A stretch of 64,000 nt of DNA from Eledone cirrhosa (Eukaryota): assembly GCA_964016885.1 (NCBI GenBank), contig OZ024755.1, positions 23,994,001 to 24,058,000 of the forward strand, in the 5' to 3' direction. Shown in pieces: positions 49,773 through 63,012 of the stretch. Position 1 is the first letter of the stretch. The number at the start of each line of letters is the position of its first letter. A program made the translations under genes and the position numbers. The notes under the pieces are model-generated. The model was not told the origin of the DNA. It was given only the letters and a program-made list of their open reading frames with translations, and made no database searches.

Positions 49773-50214
49773 ACATATATTTATAGAGTACTGCAACAAT
49801 TTAAAGGGACATAAAGTAAGATTGAGTCTATTTATTGTGATGCAACAGAAAATCATTGTTACATTCTTATCAAAGAATGGTGATAAATGTAATGGATTTT
49901 AGCAGCTATGAAATAAAAGACATCAACTGAGGTATCCAATCGGAGCTCCACTGAAGCTAAATCTAATATATTTAGGTGTAACAAGAGATGTCACTGTCAA
50001 TATATCAGTTATTGAAAAATGGTGTTATATCAAGAGCTAGTGTAGATACATTTTTGGTGGTATATACATGTTTAGAAATAGCAACTGGATCAATGTCTAA
50101 AAAACATAAATCGCTATTGAGACTGTAGTCTTATTGAATAAGTTTTGCATAGCATACTTGAGGGTTTTGCGATTAAATATATTGCATGTCATGCTGCCAT
50201 TATTTATAATACAG

Positions 50215-50401
50215 GGAGGTGAATTGGCAGTATCGGTAGAATGTTGGACACCATGCTTTCTAGCATAGTTACGTCCCTTTACGGTCTGAGTTCAAATCCC
50301 GCCGAGGTTAACTTTGCCTTTCATCCTTACGGAGTCGATAAAATAAAGTACCAGTAATGTACTGGGTAATTGCTGGCCTTGTGCCAAAAGTAGAAACAAT
50401 T
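50215..50401 (+). mobile_element. SINE-A with 17-bp TSD
   Basis: ATTATTTATAATACAGG on both sides. Confidence 0.9.
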
Positions 50402-50411
50402 ATTTATAATA

Positions 50412-50782
50412 CAGGTTCACAATCTCTTATCCAAAAACCATGGGACAAGACACTTTTTAGATTTTGAAAAAGATTTTTCGCGTAGATTTTAAAATATGTT
50501 AACCATAAGGAAATCTGCAGCTCTTTTTGACATTTTCAGTCTTCAAAGTAAAAAGAAATCAGCAAAAATAAACAAAATTCCTGTTAGCAATAAGGGTGAC
50601 ATGCGTCTGACTGGTAGGAGCACTGAGACACAACTGCATGACCTGGGTCTGAGTGTGGGTTGTTCCGGGTCAAGTTTGGCACCAAAAAACGAGCTTTGGT
50701 GTGCAGACGACATCCTGGAAAAAATGTTCGGTTTTCGGAGCTTTTCAGTTTTCGGAAATTCGGATAAAAGATTGTGAATGTG
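50412..50782. mobile_element. Tc1/mariner-superfamily (pogo/Tigger-like) MITE
   Basis: TA then CAGGTTCACAATCTCTTATCC; right end GGATAAAAGATTGTGAATGTG; subterminal TTTTCGG repeats. Confidence 0.75.
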
Positions 50783-51324
50783 TGTATAAAATAGTATAAC
50801 ATGCTGCCATCTTCTCTTTGGCTTCAACTGTGTAAATGTACACACACACACTCACATCGATTTAAAAGTTATTTTTCTCTTATACTTAGACATCTCAATG
50901 AATGGATAAAATATCGAATCCAGAGAAGTAATTTAACATATTAAACTTATGCCAAAATCTCAGTTAAGGAGAGTATAAGTCATCCAGCCACAATCCTTTC
51001 AGAAGATTTTAAGCCTGTAGTTAGAAGTGTAAACAAATCGGTGACTTAAGAAGCAAAGGGGAAATTTAAATCTTGAAATGTATGCATCACAATGCAAAAG
51101 GCCATAATAACAGTTGATTTCTATAAATAATAGTTAAGAAAATTGGATATAGTATCCCTGGAGATGGTAAATAGTAGACAGAGGTGCCTGTGGGGAATTA
51201 AATCAACTATTATGGTTCGTTCAATCCAGGGCCTCTACCATTTTCTGTTTTGGTCATGTTAGGGGTGTAGCCATACTCACCCTGCTTGGCTAATTGTGGG
51301 TTGGTGAGGCTATCTATTTAACCT

Positions 51325-51482
51325 ATAGCTGGGTAAACTCATTTCTAAAGCTGAGTGAACTGGAGCAACATGAAATAAAGTGTTTTGCTCAAGAATACAA
51401 CACGGTCTCACAGTCTGAGAATAAAACTCACAACTTCAGGATTGTAAGCTTAACGCTCTAACCACTAAGCCATGTGCCTTCA
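51325..51482 (-). mobile_element. SINE-B head
   Basis: CTGGAGCAACATGAAATAAAGTGTTTTGCTCAAG..CTAACCACTAAGCCATGTGCCTTC. Confidence 0.85.
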
Positions 51483-51751
51483 CTGTTATAGTTATTTCAA
51501 ATTATATATATAAAATTCACAAAATTTGATATAAAGATCTTGATGGATTTATTCTTGAAACAATCTTTTCTCTGAATTATCCCTAATGTAAAACAAAATA
51601 GATTTGAGAAAGGAGATGGGGAAAGACTGAGTGTTCCAATGAAGTAAGAGTGGCACATTTAAAGAAAAGTGTTCTAAAATAGAACATTTTTATTTTGTGA
51701 AATGACAAAACAGAAGTTTGTTATCTCTCTTCAACTCCCCCTTTCTTCCTT

Positions 51752-51753
<2 letters not shown>

Positions 51754-51822
<69 letters not shown>

Positions 51823-51887
51823 GGTGCTTATTTTATTGATAACTGCTGTATTACCAAACATAAACAAACAATAAACACAAACACAGA

Positions 51888-51937
<50 letters not shown>
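51754..51937. repeat. (CT)n and (CA)n microsatellites
   Basis: Direct observation. Confidence 0.95.
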
Positions 51938-51939
<2 letters not shown>

Positions 51940-51940
<1 letters not shown>

Positions 51941-52215
51941 TTAGAATGAAGAGAAGTATATGTATGTTGTATACAAGAGGTGAGATGGAGGGGTGCCTCA
52001 GTGAGACTACTCACAGGCAAACAGCATAGATACAAACTTTACTGGGCAAGAAATGGCAATGGAGCAGGTGCTGTAGGCATTCTGCTTCCTGGGAAATGGA
52101 TCAGTAAAGTGATAGAGGTAGTTGACAGAATTATCAAGCTTAGATTAGCTGAAGGAAATAGAAAAGTGACAATTACATCTACCTATGCACCACAGGTAAA
52201 ACTGAGTAAAGGAAA
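51940..52215 (+). mobile_element. RTE LINE APE endonuclease fragment
   Basis: CCIQEVRWRGASVRLLTGK..YKLYW..GAVGILL..DRIIKLRL..ITSTYAPQ. Confidence 0.85.
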
Positions 52216-52493
52216 ATATGCACAACATTGAATCCAGCAAAAAGACTGAAGAAGTATAGATGCAACTGCATCTGACTAATGCAATTATGTGCATTTTCTG
52301 ATGATACTATATATATATATATGTAGAACTAGATCTACAAAACCGAATTGTAAATTAATAATATTATAAAATTAAATTAAATTATTGAGAACTACAAGTA
52401 AAGTCATTCTTTTCCTTTTTTTTAAAATACACCTAACTGAACTAAGAATTTCACACATTTTCCAATGTGTATGTGTGAATATACATTCATACA

Positions 52494-52578
52494 TACAAGG
52501 TGTCTATAAAGTCAGATTGCAATTTAAAATACTACAAGTATTTTAAATTGCACATGGACTTCATGGACAGCTGGTATA
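52494..52578. mobile_element. Tiny Tc1/mariner-type foldback MITE
   Basis: TA-CAAGGTGTCTATAAAGTC ... GACTTCATGGACAGCTGG-TA with internal hairpin TGCAATTTAAAATACT/AGTATTTTAAATTGCA. Confidence 0.65.
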
Positions 52579-52890
52579 TATGTTAGTTAGGTGTGTAACA
52601 ACAGTTACAGCTGGTGTGCCGTTCAAAAGACTCAATGCTGTTATGTAAGAGTTGGGCCGCGTCACCTTCATTGTACCCTGAGCTGATCAATATCAAAACA
52701 ATTGTTATATGCAAATAAAGTTTGTACATATGCTACAACACTGACTTTGATTCTTTTAAATCTCTATTTCTATATACATAAGGAAAAGCAGGGAAAAGCG
52801 GACGTAAAATGATGATGATGATGTATAAATATATATATATATATTATGGAATACTGTTGGCTTCTTGCTAAAATAATTTCTATACTTTTC

Positions 52891-52986
<96 letters not shown>

Positions 52987-53859
52987 AATGAAAAAAACAG
53001 AGTTAAAGACTCACGTCAATCCCCTGTAATTGAATGATCTCAAGGTATAAGTACTGGGTTCTTCATAATATAATATATGCACACAAAAGAGTATGTTTTG
53101 AATTACGGCATCAAGTACTACTCTGATTTGTGGTTGTCTTGGCCTTCCCACAGCAGACACTCCATCATCATCATTGTTTTAACATATGCTTTATCTGCTA
53201 GGAAGGGTTGGATGGGTCTATATAGACCAAGTCCATACTGAACCAGAGCCACTATATCCCAAGCAACTCAGGCATCTGTGTCACGCTTATGTATGGTCTC
53301 ACATTCCACCGAGTGCTCAAGAGCGGTTAACGTGCCTTTGATACAACTGAGAATCCTTCAAACCCATTGGTTGGCAAGATTTCAATAGTTGGATGCCCTT
53401 CCTATCACCAACAACTTTACAGTGTGTACTGGGTGCATTTATTGTGTAAATCACCAACATGAGAATATATATGCATAGGAATGGCATCGAGCTATGGGGG
53501 CCATTTCAAAATGGAACATATGAAGTAGATATGGTCACCTGCCCAGTCTAGTTTCAGAGTGTGATGTAAATGATTCTGATAATGATGATGATGTGTTTCC
53601 CTCAATCCCCCAACCCCATCCCCAATACATGTTTCCTGTCCAATCCATGCATGGAAAGCTGGACATGCTCACTTTTTACAAGCCCTCCCCCATGATGAGT
53701 TGCTTACTCTCCCACAGTTGGATGATCATTCCACCTCACCCTTAGTAAACAACATGTAGCCCAACACATGCTCTCTCATCTTGATCTCTTTGCTGCCACC
53801 TCAGCCAAAAACAAGCCCCCAAATATCATAATGAAACAACAATGGTGACATAATAAAAC

Positions 53860-54122
53860 ACATCCTGCAAATTGGTAGCGCTGATGCCATGACAAAAACC
53901 ATCCAGTCCACCTTGTAAGGTGGTAGTGTTGGTGCCATGACAAAAAGCATCCAGTCAACCTTGTAAAGTGGTTGTACTGGTGCCATGACAAAAAGCATCC
54001 ACTCCATGCTGTGAAGTAGTTGAAGAAAACCAAAATGAAAATCAGAGCATATGAGGGATGCGTCATCACCTGACCTCTCTGGCGTCATATTGTGACAGCC
54101 CATCTAACCTATGCAAGCATGG

Positions 54123-54153
<31 letters not shown>

Positions 54154-54400
54154 GTTTAACGTCCATATTCCATGCTTGCATGGGTTTGGACGGGGTTTTT
54201 CCCACTTGAGGCAAGAGTGGTTGTCTTGCTCGCATAGGACTGTCTGGCGGGTTTTCTACGGCTGGATGCCCTTCCTAAGACCAACCACGTTTACAGTGTG
54301 GACTGGGAGGTTTTTACTGTGTTGCCTACATGGCCACATTACAGCGTGGACTGTGTGTTTTTTTGTCGTGACATCTACACAACCTCATTTGTTTCGGGCT
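53860..54400. mobile_element. Two family-C retroposons tail-to-tail around (CAT)n
   Basis: Plus copy 53860-54123 with subrepeats; minus copy 54124-54400 nearly identical to 5376-5602. Confidence 0.8.
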
Positions 54401-54938
54401 GGATGTTGTGACACCAACATAACTTTACATTGAAGGGGTGGTGTGACATTAAATAGTGACAATGATGATAATGGTGATGATGATGTATGTTAGTGATTGT
54501 ATGTATGAATTTACACTTAAACATCCCCTACATTAAGAGGCTTTATGAATTATGAAAAAAATCTTTACTTCAATTGAAAGACGGAAAACATAAGTAAAAA
54601 CTTGAACCACTTCCTGGGAAAAGCAAAATTCATAAAACAAAAAAAAAACACTAACATAAATGAGTTTGATAATTAGTTACAAGTACATTAACTTCTTTGT
54701 AGACAGAATAGAAGAACACTCGTTTGAGTTTTAGTTAAGTCCAGTAAACTGAGAGGAATTTTCCTATTATGTAAGCATTCACAAGATATGTTAAATATCA
54801 TTGTTTTTTTGTTTGTTTTCTTTTTTTTTTCTTTTTTTAGATTTCTATTGAGGAATCATAAAAAAACTGTAGATATTAAATGAACACACCTGGCTAAACC
54901 ATTCAACAATAACAAAATTGGATCACATATTTCCCTAC

Positions 54939-55050
54939 CTGAGCCCGAACTGCTGCCAGTTGAATATTAGCTAATCTTATTTCATTTCTTTTCCGACACA
55001 TATCCTCCTGTGTTTCATATACTTTGGCATACAAATGATTTGCTAAATTC
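54939..55050 (-). CDS. Probable internal coding exon of an unidentified host gene (coiled-coil-like peptide NLANHLYAKVYETQEDMCRKRNEIRLANIQLAAVRAQ)
   Basis: Long polypyrimidine tract plus TGCAG acceptor, CAG|GTAGGG donor, 112 nt open (phase 2 to 0), non-repetitive helical composition. Confidence 0.6.
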
Positions 55051-55253
55051 CTGCAATGGACCAACGAGAGAGAGAAAAAAAAACATATATAAAAGCAAAA
55101 TATGATGTGTATAGAAAACAATGCCTTACCTTGGGACGTCCTAATATCATTTTGAAGTTGAACTCAATAGATGCACCAACAAAATTAATTGTAGTTTCGA
55201 AAGAATACTGTTAAAACTATTCGGATATTAAAAGAAAATATGTCTCTCCTCGT

Positions 55254-55840
55254 ATGTGTGTATATATTTATATATATATTTTGTATGTGTATATATTTAT
55301 ATATATATTTTGTATGTGTATATATTTATATATATATTTTGTATGTGTATAAATATATATATATATTTTGTATGTGTGTATATATATATATATATTTTGT
55401 ATGTGTGTATATATATATATATATTTTGTATGTGTGTATATATATATATATATTTTGTATGTGTGTATATATATATATATATATATTTTGTATGTGTATA
55501 TATATATATATATATATTTTGTATGTGTATATATTTATATATATATTTTGTATGTGTATAAATATATATATATATTTTGTATGTGTGTATATATATATAT
55601 ATATTTTGTATGTGTATATATATATATATATATTTTGTATGTGTGTATATATATATATATATTTTGTATGTGTATATATATATATATATATTTTGTATGT
55701 ATATATATATATATATATTTTGTATGTGTATATATATATATATATATTTTGTATGTGTATATATATATATATTTTGTATGTGTATATATATATATTTTGT
55801 ATGTGTATATATATATATATATATATAATGTATATATATC
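55254..55840. repeat. Minisatellite of TTTTGTATGTG(TA)n units (~26-32 bp)
   Basis: Direct tandem repetition. Confidence 0.95.
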
Positions 55841-56376
55841 AAATATATACAGTTTTGTAATATAACAAATGCAATTATGTATATGTATTTATATAGGCAA
55901 TTATACTGTGTATGTAGATATTAATTAGTATGTGTATATGTGTATGTTTGTACGTGTATGTGTATGTGTATGTTATAAGTGTGTAATAGTTTGTTTGCAA
56001 ATAGATGTTTAATATATTGAAATTGTGGTAATCAATATATTTATAATGATTATTGTTTTTTTTCTACATCTGCTATTTTTCCAGGTTAATAGTTATGGTT
56101 TTCCGCAACTGTTGTAGTGACTCTTCACAGTGTGATGAAAGCATACAAGTGACTGATGCAGCTGCAATGATAATGCAGACACCACAAAGAAAGGGGGAGG
56201 GGGAGGGGGTTGAAGAAGAGAGAAATAACTGTGTAGCTAATGAAGGTTGCAAAATGACAACTTTCTGAATCTCTTCTTCATGACTATCAGTCAGTCAGTC
56301 ACTCAGTCAGTCAGTCAGTCAGTAACTGTCACCATCCCTCTTTCTCCTCTCGTCGCCTCAATTCCTTTCTACCCTG

Positions 56377-56789
56377 TTAACCCTTTAATGTTCAAACTGG
56401 CCAAAACTGACCAGAATTCTCTACTTTTTCTCTGTTGAAACTGGCTGTAACTGGTCACTCAAATTGATGTTAAGGTATTGTTCTCAAAATAAATACTTTC
56501 AAAATCTCATAGATTCGATATTATGTGAGATAATTATGTGAGGTAAAGCCTTTAGCATGAAAATATAATAGTATATATAGAGTAATTGTTTCTACTTTTG
56601 GCACAAGGCCAGCAATTACCCAGTGCATTACTGGTACTTTATTTTATCGACCCCGTAAGGATGAAAGGCAAAGTCAACCTCGGCGGGATTTGAACTCAGA
56701 TCGTAAAGGGACGTAACTATGCTGGAAAGCATGGCGTCCGACCCTCTACCGATACTGCCAATAGAGTAATGTGAATGCTAAAGGGTTAA
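56377..56789 (+). mobile_element. piggyBac-type MITE P1 interrupted by SINE-A (56584-56762, minus)
   Basis: TTAA ends; SINE flanked by TSD ATAGAGTAAT. Confidence 0.9.
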
Positions 56790-56840
56790 AGAAAACCACT
56801 TTTTATTTCAGAATATATGTACATCATTATGGATGTAACA

Positions 56841-57626
56841 TTAACCCTTTAGCATTTACATTACTCTATATCAGAGGTTCTCAAACTTTTGGGGCCACCC
56901 CGACCCCCCTCACAGCCATGTAATACTCTCAGCATCCCCAACCCTATTTCCAGAGAGACCTGCCTACATGATAATGGTAAACAATATATAATAAATAAAA
57001 TCGTTACTTTATATATAATAAATAATATAGTAAATAACGTAATATATACTATGTATGATATATAATAAATAATTGTTTCTATTTTAGGCACAAGGCCAGC
57101 AATTTCCCAGTACATTACTGGTACTTTATTTTATCGCCCCCGTAAGGATGAAAGGCAAAGTTAACCTCGGCGGGATTTGAACTCAGATCATAAAGGGACG
57201 TAACTCTATGCTTCAAAGCATGGTGTCCGACTCTCTACCGATATTGCCAATCCACCGCCAATGATATATAATAAATAATATATACTATATATAAATAAAT
57301 ATATGTTTTTTTTTTTATTTCACTACGTTATATATATATAATATGTATCATTTGATATTTAATATTCATCTCTACTGCCCCCTTTGGACCTTCTCAATGC
57401 CCCCCAGGAGGCTGTAGCACCCACTTTGAGAACCTCTGCTCTATATATATACTATTATATTTTCATGGTAAAGACTTTACCTCATGTAATTATCTCACAT
57501 ACTATCGAATCTATGAGATTTTGATATTTATTTTGAGAACAATACCTTAACATCAGTATGAGTGGCCAGTTACAGCCAGATTGAACAGAAAGAGGTGAGA
57601 GAATTCTGGCTGGATATGGCTGGTTA
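56841..57626 (-). mobile_element. piggyBac-type MITE P1 interrupted by a hAT MITE
   Basis: P1 at 56841-56871 and 57439-57626. Confidence 0.85.
56872..57438. mobile_element. hAT MITE, 14-bp perfect TIR, 8-bp TSD CTCTATAT; contains SINE-A at 57071-57259 (minus)
   Basis: CAGAGGTTCTCAAA ... TTTGAGAACCTCTG; TSD at 56864-56871 and 57439-57446. Confidence 0.9.
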
Positions 57627-58055
57627 AGGTTTGGTTACTTGTTCCATTCCACATGATTTTATGAAAACATATTTTAGTGCATATTTACATGTAACATTAC
57701 AAATTAAAAAAAAAGAAGTTATACAATGATGGAAATATGAAAAAGAAAGATAAAAACAAAATTAAGAAAAAAGAGAAGGCATAAAGAAGGGTAGATCTGG
57801 CTGTATGGGAAAGTCGAAGAAAGGACTATAAATGACATAAATGAGAGGAAAGGGAGGGAAATAGCAAGGACTCTTGGGCCACAGAAGAAAGGTAGGTGGA
57901 CTCAAAATTAAATCTTCTCCAAGAAGCTGCTCTAAAATTTAGGAAAAAATAACATTTATTCAACAACAGATTTTTCTAATCTTTTATGAGTGACAAACAT
58001 TTACCAATTCAGAAATTAAAATAATATCTTGGGAATCATTAGTATTTTTTTTTTT

Positions 58056-58270
58056 TTAACCCTTTAGCATTTACATTACTCTATGTTTACTATTATATTT
58101 TCATGGTAAAGGCTTCCCCTCACATAGTTATTTCAAATAATATCGAATCTATGAGATTTTGATATTATTTATTTTGAGAAGAATACCTTAACATCAGTAT
58201 GAGTAGACAGTTAAGGCTGGTTTGAACAGAAAGAGGTGAGAGAATCCTGGTTGGATGTGGACAGTTTAAA
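58056..58270 (-). mobile_element. piggyBac-type MITE P1
   Basis: TTAACCCTTTAGCATTTACATTACTC start; other end truncated. Confidence 0.85.
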
Positions 58271-59019
58271 TATTTGACATTGCTGTTGTTTGGCCTCATA
58301 TAAATTTGGTGGAGTCAACCTATAATCAAAGATATTTCAATTATGGCCATCTTATCTTTTTAGGACTATATTATGTGTCCTTCCTTTTCAAGATAGTGGG
58401 TTGTTAATCTAAAAATGACGTCAAGTACACCCTATAAAATGGTTGGTGATAGGAAGAGCATCTAGCTGTAGAAATCATACCAAAAAACAGATAAGAGGAC
58501 TCATTTGTGTTAAGGACACAACAACCTGTCTAGTGTCGGCAATCTACATACTAAATGAACCAGTGCTCTGTGATTGGAAAGTCATCCTACCAAACAAAGT
58601 GTTAGGAGGGCTCTTCAGCTGTGTCAAAGACATGACAGCCTTTTTAATGCTGGTGCTACAATAACATTCACTTAGTAGAGTGCATGAATTTTGTTTTTAT
58701 TGGAAAATCTCATAAAGTTATAACAGAATATTGTCTATTATTTAAAAATATGTTGTGAGATGGTTCTAGCAAAAGGAAAATTGTTTAAGAATTCCATCTA
58801 TGGTGTACATAAAATTGTTTGTTTTTTCTTTCATTTTTTTTTTTAACTAAAAACTAGTCAGGATTATCCATGATAATTATTTGTTAATTTCTATAACTCA
58901 TAATCAATTTTCTTTGAAACTTATTAATCTTAACATTTCTAGAGAAAATGATTCTTTGAAAAACAAAATTTAAAATGAAAAACTTTTGTAGCTATCTTCA
59001 ATTTGGTATTTGTGAAAAC

Positions 59020-59450
59020 CCTTACCTATGGTCATAAATCTTGGGTAATGACCAAAAGAATACGAAAGCCTATTCAAGTGGCCAAAATGGGGTTCCTCCA
59101 AAGAGTCTTTGAAGTAATATTACTCAACATTATGCAATAGAGTGCATAACACAAAGATCAGAGAGTCACTACTTCTCTGAATTGAGAAATTACAGCTCTG
59201 ACACTATGTGGTTAAAATGACTCAGGAAAGAATCGCTGGACAGATTTTATGGGCAAAACCAACCAGCAGGAAACCCAGGAGTAGACCCCAAGCAAGATGG
59301 TTGGATAACGTCCGTGAGCTTGGCTGGTCTCGCTTGGGGATCTAGCCGAATCAGTTGGAGACAGTTACTTCTGACAAGACCTACTGAAAGAAATGTTTGA
59401 GGACTCTGCCACCCACGACCCTCTCAGGAATAAGTGGGCAAAGAAGAAGA
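59020..59450 (+). mobile_element. RTE (Rex3/Expander-like) LINE 3' end
   Basis: LTYGHKSWVMTKRIRKPIQVAKMGFLQRV ... RPQARWLDNV; GAA tail. Confidence 0.85.
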
Positions 59451-60690
59451 AACTTAGTTTTATGCATAAATATCACACAGTTGGAAGATGACTAAGAATG
59501 AAAGCATTAATCCAGCACAATACCCCAATATAACCAACAAAGATAACAATATGATTAAAGAAACATTCTGTTATTTTCCATTTGTCAAGCAATAAATCAT
59601 AGAATAAAAATGTATTTATCATGTTTAGTATCTAGTCTGATATAAATAAGTATTATTAACAACAATTAAAACAAAATATAGCTTGCAATTTGCATTCAAA
59701 AATAGATTTTAAAAGCAAGGATGTGTTTGTAAATATAGAATTATACATGAATTCTTGAAGCAAATGTTTTATAGATAGATACTTTTATTTTGCAGTAAAT
59801 TTTGTTTAGATTTCCATTGATAGTTGAGCAATCTGCCTTGATTAATGCAAATATTATTGACAGTGTTTCAATCTATATACCATGTCCTGCATTTGAAATG
59901 GTTTCACTGCAAGACTTCTTATATTTCCTCACTGCAAGAAACATACTTAATGCCTGAAGAATCCACTGAATGTAAACTAGATGTGTATTTTTTTATAGAA
60001 TATACAGTGTGTATAATTTCCATAGTAAACACAGATTTATATGAAAGGCAGTTTTATCTTTGGTATGAACCAAATATTTAAAGTTTTTTTTTTTTTTTTT
60101 TTTTTTAGTAAATAAATATGCTACTCTATGCATGCATCCTCCTTCAAGAAACACATAGACAAATACAAGAACAAATAATAACATAACAGTTACTATTGAA
60201 GACAGGGATAGACATACTGGCAATCTCAGAATCAAAGTGTCTATTTTGATAGTGAAATTCAAACCTCAAATCAACAAGAGACCAGAACCCAAGATTCAAT
60301 GGCTAACATAGACAAACATGCTGCTACACTTCATTCCACTTCAAAACCAGATACAAGGATAGTTTAGAACACCTACCATGCAATCTATTCACCACTTTCA
60401 GTATTGAAAAAGAAATCCCTATCACTTTCAAATCTAAAAAATGGCGGATTAAGAGCAACAAAATACATCTCCAAATTAGTTTCTTCAAACATTTTGATGA
60501 AGGGAATTTATTCAGAAATATAAGGACCAACAAATAATTGCACAGTGACATCCCAACTTCCTTTCATCACATTTTTAACAATTAATGTCCAATTCATATT
60601 GCGGTAGACTATTTCTATATCTGTTTTGTGTTCCAGCTTACAGGCTGTGGCCATACTGGGGCACTGCCATTATATGTACAGGTGGTGGAG

Positions 60691-60880
60691 GGTGGTGGAT
60701 TGGCAGTATCGGTAGAGCATCAGACACCATGCATTGCAGCATAGAGTTATGGCCCTTTACGTTCTGAGTTCAAATCCCACCAAGGTTAACTTTGCCTTTC
60801 ATCCTTATGGGGTCGATAAAATAAAGTACCAGTAATACACTGAAATAATTGCTGGCCTTGTGCCAAAAGTAGAAACAATT
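60691..60880 (+). mobile_element. SINE-A
   Basis: Consensus match; ATTATATGTA flanking repeat. Confidence 0.9.
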
Positions 60881-61256
60881 ATATGTATACTTTTTTGTAG
60901 GTAATAGGAAAAATATGTGAACTTTTTTCCAAATATTGTTCTTCTTTTGTATGTAAATGTTAGTATGTACTATGTATAAATATTAAGATGATGCAATTAT
61001 AACAACTTCAATACCAGACGATATTTAAAACTTGATTATTTACATCTTTTTGAAATTTAAAAAGAAATCATTATTTTTCAAATCACTTCATAAATTTCAA
61101 AAAAACACAAATAAAACTCTTCAGAAAATATATAATGTGGAAAGTAATATATGGAAGAATGCTAAGACAATGCAAAATGGACGGTAAGATGAAGGCAACG
61201 AAAAAGTTAGTTACATGGTAATTTTTTAAAAAATTTAATTTTTAATCTTCATCATT

Positions 61257-61505
61257 ATTTATAGAATAATTTGAAACTCAATGCAAAGGAAACTGCCAAA
61301 ACAGTAAAATATCGTCAATGATGAAGTTGGTTAAAGACTTACCTCAAGAACAGGAATAACAGCTTCTCTCTACCATTTCTCTGGACCAACACACTTTCCC
61401 ACTTATTCCTGTCTTTGAGGTAAGTCTTGACCAACGTTGTGATTGATGACATTTTACTGCTTTGGCAGTTTTCCTTTGCGTTGAGTTTCAAATTATTCTA
61501 TAAAT
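61257..61505. repeat. Long imperfect inverted repeat (~103-bp arms, ~43-bp spacer)
   Basis: ATTTATAGAATAATTTGAAACTCAATGCAAAGG ... CCTTTGCGTTGAGTTTCAAATTATTCTATAAAT. Confidence 0.9.
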
Positions 61506-61549
61506 TTCTGATGCACTCGTGCTTCAACTCAATTTTCGAGACAACACGA

Positions 61550-61735
61550 TGGATTGGCAGTATCGGTAAGGGATTGGATGCCATGCTTTGCAGCATAGAG
61601 TTACGGTCCTTTATGATCTGAGTTCAAACCCCACTGAGGTTAACTTTGCCTTTCATCCTTATGGGGTCAATAAAATAAAGTACCAGTCACACACTGGGGT
61701 CGATTTAATCGACTTTCCCCTTCCCCAAAATTGCT
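61550..61735 (+). mobile_element. SINE-A variant
   Basis: Consensus match with long tail. Confidence 0.85.
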
Positions 61736-62368
61736 GATAATTGCCTATATAAGAAACCATTATTATGTTTTTCCTTCAGAAAATATATTGCCCATTCTTA
61801 TTCCTAACCATTCTTCACCAATATTACTATGGTTTGACAAACCAAGTTTTATTTTTCCTTTACAATGGGAAATGACTGCTGAGATTAATACTATTCAATT
61901 GGATCCATACTCACACATACAAGGATGTGCACATAAATAGACAGTTATGTGTTCACAAAGATACACAAACAAATGCTATTTTCTTTTTGTCCACCTTTCA
62001 TTAACCTTTCTTACTACTAGTCTCATCTTCCTGTTTTTAATCACAATCTCTTCCCCCATATTTGTCATTTGTGCTCTATAAAATTGTTATATACAACTTC
62101 CCTTTCATAATGTTTCCATTAGGTTTTGTAACCTAGTAGCTGAGTTAAGTTTTAGGTATATTTATACATTTTTATGATCACCCAGTCATGGGGTAGGAGA
62201 GGCACCAATTAACAATCAGATAAATTATACACAGAGTAAGCATCTTGCTTACTTGTACACAGAATATACATTCACTCAGACCACACAAATTCACATAGAA
62301 AAAATGCAAACAAAAGTATTGACCAGAGTCATGTAAAATGTTAACAAAATTTCTAGTTCATAACAGTG

Positions 62369-62552
62369 TGGATTGGCAGTATCGGTAGAGGTTCGGACAC
62401 CATGCTTTGCAGCATTGAGTTATGGCCCTTGCCATTCTGAGTTCAAATCCCGCCGAGGTTAACTTTGCCTTTCATCCTTACGGGTCGATAAAATAAAGTA
62501 GCAGTAATACACTGGAGTAATAGCTGGCCTTGTGCCAAAAGTAGAAACAATT
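62369..62552 (+). mobile_element. SINE-A
   Basis: Consensus match. Confidence 0.9.
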
Positions 62553-62669
62553 ATTTACACAGAAGCATACTATTTATTTCATATGATGTTTATTCATAAT
62601 GTATAGTTTTTTGATACTTTTCCATACAAACACACCTGTTACAAGATAAATACATACACATACACATAT

Positions 62670-63012
62670 GGAGGCACATGGCTTAGTGGTTAGAGCATTG
62701 GCCTTGCAATCAAAAGGTTGTGAGTTCAATTCTCAGACTGGCGATATGTTGTTTCCTTGAGCAAGACACTTTATTTCACATTGCTCCAGTTTACTCAGCT
62801 GTAGAAATGAGATGATAGGGAGTGGGGTCCCTATCATTCCACTGCAAAGTGGTCGTGGAGGTGCCACGGCAAAAAAGCACCCAGCACTCACTGTAAATGA
62901 GGGTGGTGTTAGGAAGGGCATCCAGCTGTAGAAATCAAGCCAAAATCAGTTCCCGTCCCATCCTTGCAAGCAGGGAAAAAGCAGATGTAAAATGAAATGA
63001 TGATGATGATGA
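62670..63012 (+). mobile_element. Full-length SINE-B (tRNA head, CORE-like middle, family-C tail with (GAT)n)
   Basis: TGGCTTAGTGG A-box, GAGTTCAATTC B-box, CCTTGAGCAAGACACTT, GGAAGGGCATCC; flanked by a 100-bp direct repeat. Confidence 0.9.

Noticed and set aside
50496-50851. ORFs as a transposase
   Set aside because: They lie within a 370-bp MITE and show no DDE/HTH motifs.
52295-52360. CTGATGA-TAC-(TA)n-GTA-GAAC as a hammerhead
   Set aside because: Core interrupted by a TA expansion; GAAA is absent or ambiguous and stems cannot be assigned confidently.
62670-62745. tRNA gene
   Set aside because: The tRNA-like head continues into SINE body and tail, and no complete acceptor stem is evident; the same holds for SINE-A heads.
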